The notes under the pieces are model-generated. The model was not told the DNA's origin. It worked only from the letters and a program-made list of their open reading frames with translations, and did no database searches. Positions 30,413 to 40,222 of a stretch of 64,000 nt of DNA are shown piece by piece. A program made the position numbers and the translations under genes. The stretch covers positions 64,001-128,000 of the forward strand of contig CAWHDT010000008.1 in the NCBI GenBank assembly GCA_963828195.1, read 5' to 3'. The DNA is from Candidatus Bathyarchaeota archaeon. Its GTDB lineage: Archaea; Thermoproteota; Bathyarchaeia; Bathyarchaeales; Bathycorpusculaceae. Positions within the stretch are counted from its first letter, which is position 1. Every line of letters starts with the position of its first letter.

Positions 30413-32137
30413 TCAACCTAAATGGTCAAGGTTATAGTCTATTTTTGCTTTTTCATAAATACCGCTGAATGAATCTTCTTTATGGTGTACAAGCGATTTC
30501 TTATAAGACGTCACTATACTTTGTGACATTTTCTCAATCATATTTGAATTTTTGAAGAAATTTTTGTAATCAAAGAAATTGTCGTTTTCGTTAGTCCAGT
30601 CTCTTATAAAATTGTCAAGATCTAAAATCATTAGCTTAAACAGCTTTTGAACCGCTTGTTCTATTATTATCAAGTTAGCACCAGTGAGAAAAGAAGAAGG
30701 ATCTTTAAAGATTTGTTCGCCTACTTGTTTATCAGCTGTAAGTAGCTTACTAACCATATGTAACATGGCGAATTTTGCCAATCCATATTTCCGTATTGGC
30801 TTAAATTCAATATCAATTGAACTATTATCAATTATTTTATAGATTATGTAGGCTAAGTAGATTTTAGGCGCATTCATATGAATTGAAAAAATTTCATTAT
30901 ATCTATCAATAAATAATCTATCCCCAGTGTAGGTTATATTTGGTTCGCCCAAATAGAATGCAGCGATTAATTGTGCTGCAAAATCGATATCGATTGAATC
31001 GACATAACCCTTAACAGAATCGCCCTCTTGCCGCCGATAAAGCACTTTCCGATTCAAAAATGTTTCAAACTCTTTTTGAATCTTGATTTGTACAGGGTCA
31101 TTTGCCTTTAGGTCTCGAACGCTTATGGCATTTTGATTATTAGTCCAAATTGTAATATCCCTGATGGTCACTGCGGATCCCAAGGGCAACTCTATTATCT
31201 TTGTCAAAACATAAATTTGGTCTGTTAGTATGTCAATATTCTCGTAAAAGGTTTGCATCGATTGACAGCCGTTGACAACAGAATAATTTGATAGTCTTAA
31301 TGTGTCTCCTTCCATCACCAGTTTTTCACAAACAATGGTAATGCCATTATGGTATAGGAAAAATTTTTCGTGCAGGTTCTTTTTTTGTAATGTTGATGAA
31401 ATATCTCTGTTGACTCGAGTTCTGCCAAGACTATAGCGAACGTTCCTTGCAAACAAGGTTCCATTTCGTATCCCGCCGAGCTTAATTAGTTCTTTCGCCT
31501 GGATAGAAAACACATTAACTTTGATACTACTCCCTATATTGTATTCAATACAAGAAGGTTTTTGGAGCGAAATTACTGTTTCTTTGTTTACCGGATCTTC
31601 TTCAGCACAAAGACAATACTTTTTATAAAGAGTCTGAATGTCATGACATTCCAATTCATCTTTATGCGCTGATAAAAATTCTGTACCGTTGGCGTCTAAT
31701 TTCTTGTTGGTAACGAAAATTCTGCGAATCTTTGAACCCCTATCAACTAGTTCTTCTATTTGCGCAGTTTTTATTATCGATTTCAAATGTTTATTTGCCC
31801 TACTTGCTGACAATTCCTTGATGCGTTGAACACTTTCAAACCATCCCGTTGCTCCCATGAATTCCCTGAGATCTACATCGCCTTGGTTCTTATCGTCATT
31901 CGGAGAGAATTTGGCTTGGAAAACATAAATCTCAGGTTCAAACTTGTCAACCCAAATACCATCTATTCCTTTATCATTTACCTCATCACAAACAGCATCT
32001 CTTGCAGCCTGCTCGCTCAAATTGAAAAAGTTGATGAGATACCACATTAGGAAGGCAGGACTTTCTTGTCTGAAACCCTCTTGAAACTCTTTAACTTCTG
32101 ACCGTAGTTTTAGATTGAAAGTCTCTTTATCCAACAT
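30413..32137 (-). CDS. AIPR family protein with an N-terminal Mrr-like nuclease motif
   Basis: DKGIDG..FQAK; LFARNVRYSLG, FFLYHNGITI, VVNGCQS, TNNQN. Confidence 0.9.
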   Translation of the reverse strand: MLDKETFNLKLRSEVKEFQEGFRQESPAFLMWYLINFFNLSEQAARDAVCDEVNDKGIDGIWVDKFEPEIYVFQAKFSPNDDKNQGDVDLREFMGATGWFESVQRIKELSASRANKHLKSIIKTAQIEELVDRGSKIRRIFVTNKKLDANGTEFLSAHKDELECHDIQTLYKKYCLCAEEDPVNKETVISLQKPSCIEYNIGSSIKVNVFSIQAKELIKLGGIRNGTLFARNVRYSLGRTRVNRDISSTLQKKNLHEKFFLYHNGITIVCEKLVMEGDTLRLSNYSVVNGCQSMQTFYENIDILTDQIYVLTKIIELPLGSAVTIRDITIWTNNQNAISVRDLKANDPVQIKIQKEFETFLNRKVLYRRQEGDSVKGYVDSIDIDFAAQLIAAFYLGEPNITYTGDRLFIDRYNEIFSIHMNAPKIYLAYIIYKIIDNSSIDIEFKPIRKYGLAKFAMLHMVSKLLTADKQVGEQIFKDPSSFLTGANLIIIEQAVQKLFKLMILDLDNFIRDWTNENDNFFDYKNFFKNSNMIEKMSQSIVTSYKKSLVHHKEDSFSGIYEKAKIDYNLDHLG

Positions 32138-32377
32138 TAATAAAGAAGTGTATAACCTGGCAATTTAATGCTTACGGAGTATCGCTAAGTTTTTCTTTGA
32201 AGACAAAGCGCCTCATTGTTTATATAAGAATTCAACATGATAGGCAATTTATTTTTTCCTCAAAGAACTTTTGCAGTTGAGCGGCTACTTGGTCTGGAAT
32301 CATCTTGCTCAGAAACAATCAATTTTTTGTCAAAATGCATCAAATAGATTAACTAATCGGGAACCGAGTTATTCTAT

Positions 32378-34219
32378 TTATGCAAAAATTTTTTGGAAGA
32401 GATCGTGAAATTCTGCTTGTCTTGTAGGAATTAGGTCATTTACATTTGCGTACTGAGCTATTCTAATAGCAATTTTTGGCTTTGTTAATTCTAAACATCC
32501 AAATATTGACTCAAGCTTTGTACCAAATTTCGTTTCATCCATATCGGCTTGAATTAGCCCTGCTTTGCAATTGAGAATATTGAATATGAAAAACTTTTCG
32601 TCGAGCTCCAGGTCTGGAGTGGTTCCTATTTCATGTTTTAGAGTTTCAAGGGCATCAAAGTTCGTAAACGTCTCAACCATTGCAATTGCATTAGCCTTTT
32701 TATCCTCTCGCAGGTCCGACTCATTAATTAAGTCACAGAGCATTCTTGTAAGCCAATGCTTCAAGTAATAATTTTCAATTTCACCTTCCGCTAAGACATG
32801 TATCCCCTGTGCCTCTAATTTCTCCCGGATTAGAATATCATTATCAATCGATATGTCGATTCCATAATTGAAGCGTTCACTCATTCTTCGTATTACATTC
32901 TTACTTTCCATAAAATCTTTGTCAAGAATAGCGGTCCAAGGAATTTGATAGGAATTTAGAAGTTCAATAAACACATCTAAATTCGTTTTGCTTCCAACCT
33001 CCACAATTCCAATATTCCTCTTATCAAAGTCAAAATCAGCGTTAACTGACTTGGCGAAAGGTTGGATAACGGTCTTATCGCTTTGTCCTTCAACAAGTAC
33101 TACTTTATCGGAAAAGAACAATTCCAAGTTTGAAGTTGTAAGTTCCTTTTTGAGTTTGACCTTATCAGCAATATCTTTGACTTGCGTTACTTTTGTTTCC
33201 TTGCCAATTTTCCTAACCAAGGCTATCTCAGGAATTTCTCTGTTTAGCAAATAATAGGGCGAATGAGTGGTTATTATCAGCTGAACCCCTTCTTCGTCAC
33301 AGAAACTCTTTAAAACACTCGCCATATGACGATTTGCATGAGGATGGAGATACAGTTCAGGTTCCTCTATCAGAAGAAGGGCTTGTCCAGCTTTGATTTC
33401 GCTGTAAAGTTTGAAAAGAGAAATAATAATCACACTTTGAATACCTGAACCTTTGAAATCTAAACCTGTATCAATGCCATCGTCGAGGAGAATATCGAGT
33501 TTTTTGTAAATGTCTTTTGGAATGCTTGGTACAAAAGAAAAGGTAATTCCATTGTGGTCTATTATCGTTTTACTGATTATATTTACGCGATTTTGATGTT
33601 CAAGAAATATGTCGTTACATACAATCTTGGTATCATCAAGTTTTGTTTCTAATTCAGTTTTTTTCGCATCGTCTGCCATTTGATAAAGTTTGCTGAGAAG
33701 TTTGCCCATGAAAGAATAATCTGTAGTCTTAAGAATCTGCGAATAATCGCGAATTGCTGGTATATGCACCGCAGTAATAATAGCGCTTTTCAATTCGTTT
33801 GAGAAATATTTGTAATAAACATCGCCAAGGAAGATATTTCTGTCTACTTTTGAACTCGTTATTTCTAACTCAATTCTTGCGTTTCTTGTATCACGAAGCA
33901 AAGTGTAAAAGCGAGCACTATCGTATTTTTCTCCATCGACCCATACCGAATACTTGACCTCTTTTATTATATCATCGATTTCTTCATCCTTTAGATTGTC
34001 GAAATGAAGCTTTATGATGATACTATCAATTTCATTTTGGTTAAAGTAGTCATTCTTTGTTATTCGAACATATTTTTCTCCTAATGCCAAATCGATTGCG
34101 CGCACTATGTTTGATTTGCCTGAATTGTTCTTTCCAACCAACATAGTGCAAGCACCAAAGTTTAGGTCAAGTTCCTTGATGCTTCTGAAGTTTGCAATTT
34201 CTATTCTGGCCAGGCGCAT
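32378..34219 (-). CDS. OLD-family ATP-dependent endonuclease (ABC ATPase plus TOPRIM)
   Basis: NFRSI, GKNNSGKS, KGSGIQS, IEEPELYLHP, THSP, VEGQSD, DKD. Confidence 0.9.
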   Translation of the reverse strand: MRLARIEIANFRSIKELDLNFGACTMLVGKNNSGKSNIVRAIDLALGEKYVRITKNDYFNQNEIDSIIIKLHFDNLKDEEIDDIIKEVKYSVWVDGEKYDSARFYTLLRDTRNARIELEITSSKVDRNIFLGDVYYKYFSNELKSAIITAVHIPAIRDYSQILKTTDYSFMGKLLSKLYQMADDAKKTELETKLDDTKIVCNDIFLEHQNRVNIISKTIIDHNGITFSFVPSIPKDIYKKLDILLDDGIDTGLDFKGSGIQSVIIISLFKLYSEIKAGQALLLIEEPELYLHPHANRHMASVLKSFCDEEGVQLIITTHSPYYLLNREIPEIALVRKIGKETKVTQVKDIADKVKLKKELTTSNLELFFSDKVVLVEGQSDKTVIQPFAKSVNADFDFDKRNIGIVEVGSKTNLDVFIELLNSYQIPWTAILDKDFMESKNVIRRMSERFNYGIDISIDNDILIREKLEAQGIHVLAEGEIENYYLKHWLTRMLCDLINESDLREDKKANAIAMVETFTNFDALETLKHEIGTTPDLELDEKFFIFNILNCKAGLIQADMDETKFGTKLESIFGCLELTKPKIAIRIAQYANVNDLIPTRQAEFHDLFQKIFA

Positions 34220-34589
34220 AGAGATAGTATTAAATCATTTTGGTTATAAGCTTTAACAATCAAAATTTTTTCTTAAGAAGAAACTGACTTACTTATTTGA
34301 GTGGAGGCGCAGTGGACAACTCATAGAGGTCACACTTTGACACGGAAATACGCACTAACTAGAATTGACATCTAAGCTTTAATCATATTTGGCATTGATG
34401 CTCTTTCCGACTTCTGTTACTATTTCTTAAATTTCTTCCTTTGAGTCAATGTGTTTTTTGTCCATCATTTCAAAGGTTTTGTCTCATTCTTTTTTATGTC
34501 CGGACGCTTTTTCCCTCAGCGTACTTAAATGTATGGGATACAGAATTATTAATCACAAGCTTTTTTAAAAAGTATGTGAATTAAAATTC

Positions 34590-35888
34590 ATGGACGTTGA
34601 AGAGCTTAAAGCCATTATCGTTTCACAGCATGAAGATACAGCAGAGCTACTAAAAAAGGAGCGAGTAATCGAGAGGGATCTTGACAGGTTCAGGGTTAAA
34701 AATTTTTTAGCGAACCCTAATGTGTTAGCCATACTTGGGGTGAGAAGATGTGGCAAATCCATATTTTCGTGGTTGCTGCTTAAGGGAGAAAAATTTGGCT
34801 ACATAAACTTCTTTGACGAAAGATTGGTCGGGTTAAAAGCTGAAGAGTTAAACAAAGTAGTGCAGGCTTTTTACGAGTTGTACGGTAGCAATGTAGAATA
34901 TTTCGTATTTGACGAGGTACAAAAGATTGCTGGATGGGAAAGGTTCGTAAGCAGGCTTAGAACATCAAACAAAATAATAATAACAGGCAGCAACTCCGAC
35001 CTGCTTCGCGGAGACCTCGCCACTTTTCTGACGGGCAGGCACATTGATGTTGAGCTTTTGCCCTTTGGTTTCGGAGAGTACTTGAGATCAACGGGAATAG
35101 TGTTGGACGAGAATTGGATGTATTCAACAAATAGCATCGCCGCGGTGAAGAAAGCTCTTTCTGAGTTCATGGAGAAAGGCGGCTTCCCTGAGGTTGGCAA
35201 GTTTGGCAGCTTAATGCTCAGCGGAATCTACCGAGATATTATCGAGAACGATTTAATTGGTCACCACAGGCTGAGGAATCCCCAGAATCTGAGAGAGCTT
35301 GCCAAGTATTTGATATCGAACACGGGGCGAGAAGTTTCATTCAATAAGCTTCGGGCACCCCTTGGAATAAAGGATACGCATACGATAATAAAGTACAGTG
35401 GCTACATAGCTGATTCATATCTTATTTTTCTGCTGGAGAGGTTTTCATACAAACTAAAAGAGCAGTTCATAGCTCCAAAGAAGGTTTACTGCATAGATGT
35501 GGGGCTTGCAAACAATGTTGCGTTCAAGCTAAGTAAAGACTCTGGCAGATTAATGGAGAACATCGTGTTTATCGAGTTGCTAAGACGGAAACTTTACTTC
35601 AACCCCGATTGGGAGCTGTATTATTGGAAAGACCATTTTGGCAGGGAGATTGATTTTGTTGTTAAAACCTCTGAGTCCGTGAAGCAGCTTATACAGGTGA
35701 CCTACGCCTCGGGAAAGAATGAAATTGACCAGCGCGAGATCGCATCCTTCACGTTCGCTAGCGCGGAACTGAAATGCGACAACCTGCTTGTTATAACATG
35801 GGACTACGAAGCAACGACGCCGCTGAGGGACAAAACGGTCGCGTTCATGCCCCTTTGGAAATGGCTGCTTAACCCATCCGAGACCTGA
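34590..35888 (+). CDS. AAA_14/DUF4143 ATP-binding protein
   Basis: GVRRCGKS, FDEVQ, ITGSNS, GGFPE, KKVYCID, EIDFV. Confidence 0.9.
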   Translation: MDVEELKAIIVSQHEDTAELLKKERVIERDLDRFRVKNFLANPNVLAILGVRRCGKSIFSWLLLKGEKFGYINFFDERLVGLKAEELNKVVQAFYELYGSNVEYFVFDEVQKIAGWERFVSRLRTSNKIIITGSNSDLLRGDLATFLTGRHIDVELLPFGFGEYLRSTGIVLDENWMYSTNSIAAVKKALSEFMEKGGFPEVGKFGSLMLSGIYRDIIENDLIGHHRLRNPQNLRELAKYLISNTGREVSFNKLRAPLGIKDTHTIIKYSGYIADSYLIFLLERFSYKLKEQFIAPKKVYCIDVGLANNVAFKLSKDSGRLMENIVFIELLRRKLYFNPDWELYYWKDHFGREIDFVVKTSESVKQLIQVTYASGKNEIDQREIASFTFASAELKCDNLLVITWDYEATTPLRDKTVAFMPLWKWLLNPSET

Positions 35889-35979
35889 CAGCCAAGTCGA
35901 GGTTTTTTTCGCTTTTATTCGAAGAGGCTAATGGAAATTAAGCCCTGAATCTAGCCAGCCTACCCTAAGAGGAGGTCTA

Positions 35980-36123
35980 CTATTTGCGCCAAAAAACCAA
36001 CACAAATATGGAAGGCGGAAGAAGAAGAAGAAAAACATTTTCAGGGGGCTTCTTCTTCTTTTGAATAAATATTGCCCAGAAGAACAACATTTGATTTTCT
36101 AGGTGTTGTTGTTCTTTCAAAAT
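35980..36123 (-). repeat. Dispersed double-palindrome repeat, copy A
   Basis: Reverse complement matches 45815-45957 over about 144 nt. Confidence 0.9.
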
Positions 36124-36234
36124 TATAAATTGGAAACAAACCAGCCACACAAGAGAACCAAAACCAATGATCCTCCCCGCCCTACCATTTGCACCCAACG
36201 CGAAATAGTAAGCGGTTGGTTTGGGTTGGCAGGG

Positions 36235-37014
36235 TTAGTTGACTTCGTTGTTTTCGATTTTTCGGGCCATTTCAACTATTATCTTTGTGAAGGGATGGTC
36301 CGGCTTGTCTTCGACGAATATGAGGTTGCCTTCGGCTCTTAGGATTTCGCAGAAGCACGGCACGATTCCCAGCATTGGCACGTGGTAGACGGTTTGTACT
36401 CTGGTGGCCATTTCGGTTTTCTTCGCGGTGGCGGATGAATCAAGCACTTTGTTTAGCACTAAACCCGTTTTCTTCTCAAACAGGTTGTAGAGCTCTTGGA
36501 GCATGCGTTTTGTTCCATCCACGTCGGAGCGGTCTCCAGTTGTTGCGACCACCACGAAGTCAGCGGCGACAATCGCGTTTATCGAGGAGTACTGCAGCCC
36601 CGGGCTGGTGTCGAAGAACAGGTAATCGAATTTTTGGTCTTCAAGCAACGATTTCTTTAACGCAAGCAGCCTGCCCAACGCACGCATCTCCCATTTCCTG
36701 TCTTTAGACGACATGTCACGTATGGCTTCGGTCGCAGGGTTCGCTAGGCCAGCGAAGAATTTGCCGCCGCCTGGAACCTTGCTGCTTAAATCCACCAGGA
36801 CCTTTTCCGCTTCGCAACTGCTGTTTAAGTAATCGTTGAACCAGAACTCGACGTTTTCAGTTTTTAAGATGGCGAATAAGCTGGGTGCCCGAAAATCAAG
36901 ATCGAACACGGCGACTTTTTTGCCGGCTTTAGCGAACGCAGCGGCTAAATTCACGGAGAGAAGCGTTTTGCCGGTGCCGCCTTTGTAGGAGTGGACTGCG
37001 ATTATTTTGCTCAT
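36235..37014 (-). CDS. MinD/ParA family ATPase
   Basis: Deviant Walker A KGGTGKT, DLDFRAP, DTSPG, LVLNK. Confidence 0.9.
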   Translation of the reverse strand: MSKIIAVHSYKGGTGKTLLSVNLAAAFAKAGKKVAVFDLDFRAPSLFAILKTENVEFWFNDYLNSSCEAEKVLVDLSSKVPGGGKFFAGLANPATEAIRDMSSKDRKWEMRALGRLLALKKSLLEDQKFDYLFFDTSPGLQYSSINAIVAADFVVVATTGDRSDVDGTKRMLQELYNLFEKKTGLVLNKVLDSSATAKKTEMATRVQTVYHVPMLGIVPCFCEILRAEGNLIFVEDKPDHPFTKIIVEMARKIENNEVN

Positions 37015-37019
37015 AAGCG

Positions 37020-37346
37020 TCAACTCTGCGTCTCCTTATCAACGAAGAAATACGCTTTTCGACCCACACGCTCTTTTTTGAGGTAACCCATGATTACAAG
37101 CTGATTAAGATAAGCGCTCTCAACTGCCCGAGCCCGACCTGTCTCCTCGGCAATCTCCTCCGCCGTGCCTCGGCTGCGCCGGCAAATCGCCATGGCAGTC
37201 TTGCGCAGATGATCGGGCATAGAAAGTAGAGTCATAACATCCAAAGACGCATCAGGCAACACGATACCGCCCCGTGCACCAGCGCCTTCAACGCCGCCAC
37301 GCTGAATCTCTATGATAACCTCCATCTTCTCATTCAACCTCTCCAA
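37020..37346 (-). CDS. Coiled-coil plus HTH protein; the open frame extends upstream to a possible ATT start at 37406
   Basis: TAEEIAEETGRARAVESAYLNQLV winged helix. Confidence 0.75.
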   Translation of the reverse strand: MERLNEKMEVIIEIQRGGVEGAGARGGIVLPDASLDVMTLLSMPDHLRKTAMAICRRSRGTAEEIAEETGRARAVESAYLNQLVIMGYLKKERVGRKAYFFVDKETQS

Positions 37347-37598
37347 ACACTCTTCAATGCGCTCAAATATCGTAAACGGTTTTTTACTCGATGTTTCTTC
37401 CTTAATACGAAGCCCCCCAGCTACACCTGCACATATACGGTTGGTAGTTTAATCTGAAATTTTATTTATTAAGCCTTGCGAATCGCCAGTACTTATTTCA
37501 AATAACTAAATTTCAACGTAATTCAATAAAAACTGGCGTTACCAGCTAAAAAGATACACGAAAAAATATGAACCTGTTTTCAAGAAAGTGGGGTGTGT

Positions 37599-37892
37599 TT
37601 AGTAGGGAATTGCTGCTTGATTTCTTGCTTCCTCTACTATGGGCAGAACTTGTTTTAGTTCTTTGAAGTACTTGAGCACTGTTATGCCTCGCTGTGTTAC
37701 GGCGTAGACCACACGTTGTTTTCCTACGGTGCGTTCTTCCACGAGGCCTTGTTTGGTAAGGAAGTCAAGGTACTCTTTAAGGACGCTGCAGTTAACGTTT
37801 GCTTTGTACATAACGTGTGTTAGTTTCAGTGGGCCTTTGCGAGCGAGAACCGAAAGGATGTCAACATACATTTCTAGTTTTGAACGACGCAC
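37599..37892 (-). CDS. Winged-helix transcriptional regulator
   Basis: MRRSKLEMYVDIL..THVMYKANVN..YAVTQRG. Confidence 0.88.
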   Translation of the reverse strand: MRRSKLEMYVDILSVLARKGPLKLTHVMYKANVNCSVLKEYLDFLTKQGLVEERTVGKQRVVYAVTQRGITVLKYFKELKQVLPIVEEARNQAAIPY

Positions 37893-37978
37893 TTTATACT
37901 CCTCTTTTTTATCAAATTCTACTTTTTAATATAAATCATTTATGTATCAGTAATCAACGTTTTTGTCCATGGCTGCTG

Positions 37979-38158
37979 TTAATTATCGGTTTTTCTGCAT
38001 GCTCGATTTAACACATTTAACCTGTTTTCGAAGGCTGTGACCATGTCATCTAGCAATATTTCACGCAATTCTGTCGGCAATTGACCCATTTTTTCTTGGA
38101 AAACATTTTCTAATTTGGCTTCTAGTTCTTTCCTATCTTTTTCTGCAATTTGTTTCAT
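37979..38158 (-). CDS. 59-aa helical hypothetical protein, not in the ORF track
   Basis: MKQIAEKDRKELEAKLENVFQEKMGQLPTELREILLDDMVTAFENRLNVLNRACRKTDN; GGAGG RBS. Confidence 0.7.
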   Translation of the reverse strand: MKQIAEKDRKELEAKLENVFQEKMGQLPTELREILLDDMVTAFENRLNVLNRACRKTDN

Positions 38159-38529
38159 TTACTTTCCTCCAGATTCCAACAGGACACTCAATAGCGGACG
38201 GTATTTAACTAACTTATGAAAGCAACCTATGAATCCAAAATAAATACCTGAAAACAAAACTACTGAGTTTTTTGGAAAGTTCATGTCTCTAATCTGGTTT
38301 TCTAACCTTAACTGGGTTGTTTAGCTTCCAAGCACGCCATTTTTAGATTGAGGTTCTATTGCAAAAAACAACGTAATAAGATAATAATAAAGTATAATAT
38401 ACAATCGGTTGCTTTATCCCTATTGTTTGAAACGTTGTTGTTGCTGTTTAGCAATCACAAATTAATTTAAATCTCAACGTACATCAAATCTAAGATAATA
38501 CATCAACATGCCTGCAATCCGAGGTTTTA

Positions 38530-38766
38530 TTGGAGAGTTTTGTTTTGATCACACAATCTTTGAAAGAGAAATCTTGGAGCGTGGCTCTAGTCAAAGGGCA
38601 CGTTTCAAATAATCAGGTCCGAGCTGAATACTGCGAAGACTGTAAATCAACAAGTGAGGTTTTAACAGCCAACTTTAACAATCCCGACTTATTGTTGTAC
38701 GGCTGCAGAGACAGCAAATGCAAACACAGGCTTTTACGCTTAAATTTTAATGATGAATCATTTTAG
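38530..38766 (+). CDS. Small putative Zn-binding protein
   Basis: CEDC and CRDSKC; GAGG upstream. Confidence 0.45.
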   Translation: MESFVLITQSLKEKSWSVALVKGHVSNNQVRAEYCEDCKSTSEVLTANFNNPDLLLYGCRDSKCKHRLLRLNFNDESF

Positions 38767-38949
38767 AGTTTGACGAAAGCTTAGCTAAAAATGGGAAGCA
38801 TCCGTTGCAACGTTCGAGTTAAATTTTAAATTACAAAAGTTTTTGTTATGTAACTCCTGCCAATCTTTTTGATTCGCGGATTAACAGGTGATTAGCAAGG
38901 GTTTCACTGTTTTTTCGGGGTGTACCCAGCTATTTTCTATTAAGCCGTA

Positions 38950-39228
38950 TCAAAAACTTTGATTTTGCGAGATAATTGGCATCCCATTTGGTTTCGCTTC
39001 AGATCCAGAAATCAACAAAGACCCATTGCCCTGTTTCAAAATCAATCCATGTTTATTCACAACTGACTCCACATTTGTGAGACCTTTTGCATCGAGAGAG
39101 ACGTTTATTCGAAGATTAAATTCTTCCTTGGACAGGTTGATTGGCATCAGCGATATGCTACTTATAAAAGCGTCCGGTACACACGCACATATTTCACTGA
39201 AAAGTCGAGCAGCCTCACGCCTTCTCAT
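38950..39228 (-). CDS. Hypothetical protein
   Basis: 92-aa ORF with GAGG upstream of ATG. Confidence 0.6.
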   Translation of the reverse strand: MRRREAARLFSEICACVPDAFISSISLMPINLSKEEFNLRINVSLDAKGLTNVESVVNKHGLILKQGNGSLLISGSEAKPNGMPIISQNQSF

Positions 39229-39705
39229 TACATGCCTCGCAAACTGTTTAGTATATTACTTAAGCTTATGAGAATTGCAGTCAAACTCAAGTAAAAAATG
39301 GCAGACAAACGCCTCACAAAATGCATCATTTTTTGCTACAATCTCCATAACAAATTATTACAGAACAAAATAACGCAAATTCAAGCAATATTGTTATAAA
39401 TCTGGATAACTCGAACGAGTGCAATGCATTTATTAGACAAAAAAAAGTCTTAACAACTTGTTGATTCTTCTCATACGAAGTTCAGTCCTTGGTTTTTCTT
39501 GGGCTATTTGTGACGGGTACGCCGCTATTTACCGATTAAGTTTGATTATTAATAGTGGGGCTGGAGGGTCCGCTCCTTTAGTTCTTCATTTTGTAGCTGA
39601 ATTTTGAAGCAAACGGTAGGTAAGTTTCCGGCGTCTCTGGGCCAGTTATTTCAGCAAGAAGCACAGGTTCCCTTGCACATCGCATGTGCAATAATTTTTC
39701 TAATT

Positions 39706-39749
39706 TTTTGAAAGAACAATAACACCCGAAAAACAAACTGTTGTTCTTC
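39706..39749 (+). repeat. Dispersed double-palindrome repeat, partial copy B
   Basis: TTTTGAAAGAACAATAACACC...AAACTGTTGTTCTTC matches palindrome 1 of copies A and C. Confidence 0.75.
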
Positions 39750-39803
39750 CGCCCCTTCAGTTTCAAAAAAAAATAATTCTTCAAAGAAAGAAATGCGGGA
39801 AAA

Positions 39804-40060
39804 TTAGGCTTTGCCAAACCACTTCTCGAACCATTCTTCAAACTTGAAAGACATTCTTTGCGCCAAGCTGGTTCCCCTGAGTCTTCCTTCAAACAACTCG
39901 TTAGCTCCAAACGGTGGGTGATCTCTGCTTTTGCCTCTTCCAGCAACGCTTCAACATCATCAAGCATATCATTGCCGCCAGCTGAATAATCTTTCACGGA
40001 AGCCCGCAAAAAAGCTCGTTTTTGTTTAATTACTTCTTCAAGTTTACCTTCAGCCGCCAT
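39804..40060 (-). pseudogene. Small hypothetical protein with an apparent frameshift
   Basis: N-terminal part ...LLEEAKAE; the -1 frame ends FKFEEWFEKWFGKA-stop at 39804, before repeat copy B. Confidence 0.45.
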
Positions 40061-40222
40061 ACACAATTACCTACTGACTTCTAATCGACAGTCTCTAAAA
40101 AATGTAGCATTTTTGAATCAATAGGTGCTGAGAGTTTTGGGCCTGTCCTTGCAGAGATTTGAAACCGGGTCGTCAGCGTCTCACCAAATGTTTAAACGCA
40201 ACAATAGATGCAAACCGGAATT

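Noticed and set aside
32378-35888. Gabija (GajA-GajB)
   Set aside because: The neighbouring ATPase is a divergent AAA_14/DUF4143 protein, not a UvrD-like helicase
35900-36123. Firm MITE call for the dispersed repeat
   Set aside because: The 12-bp terminal inverted match is seen only at copy C; no target-site duplication or transposase was identified
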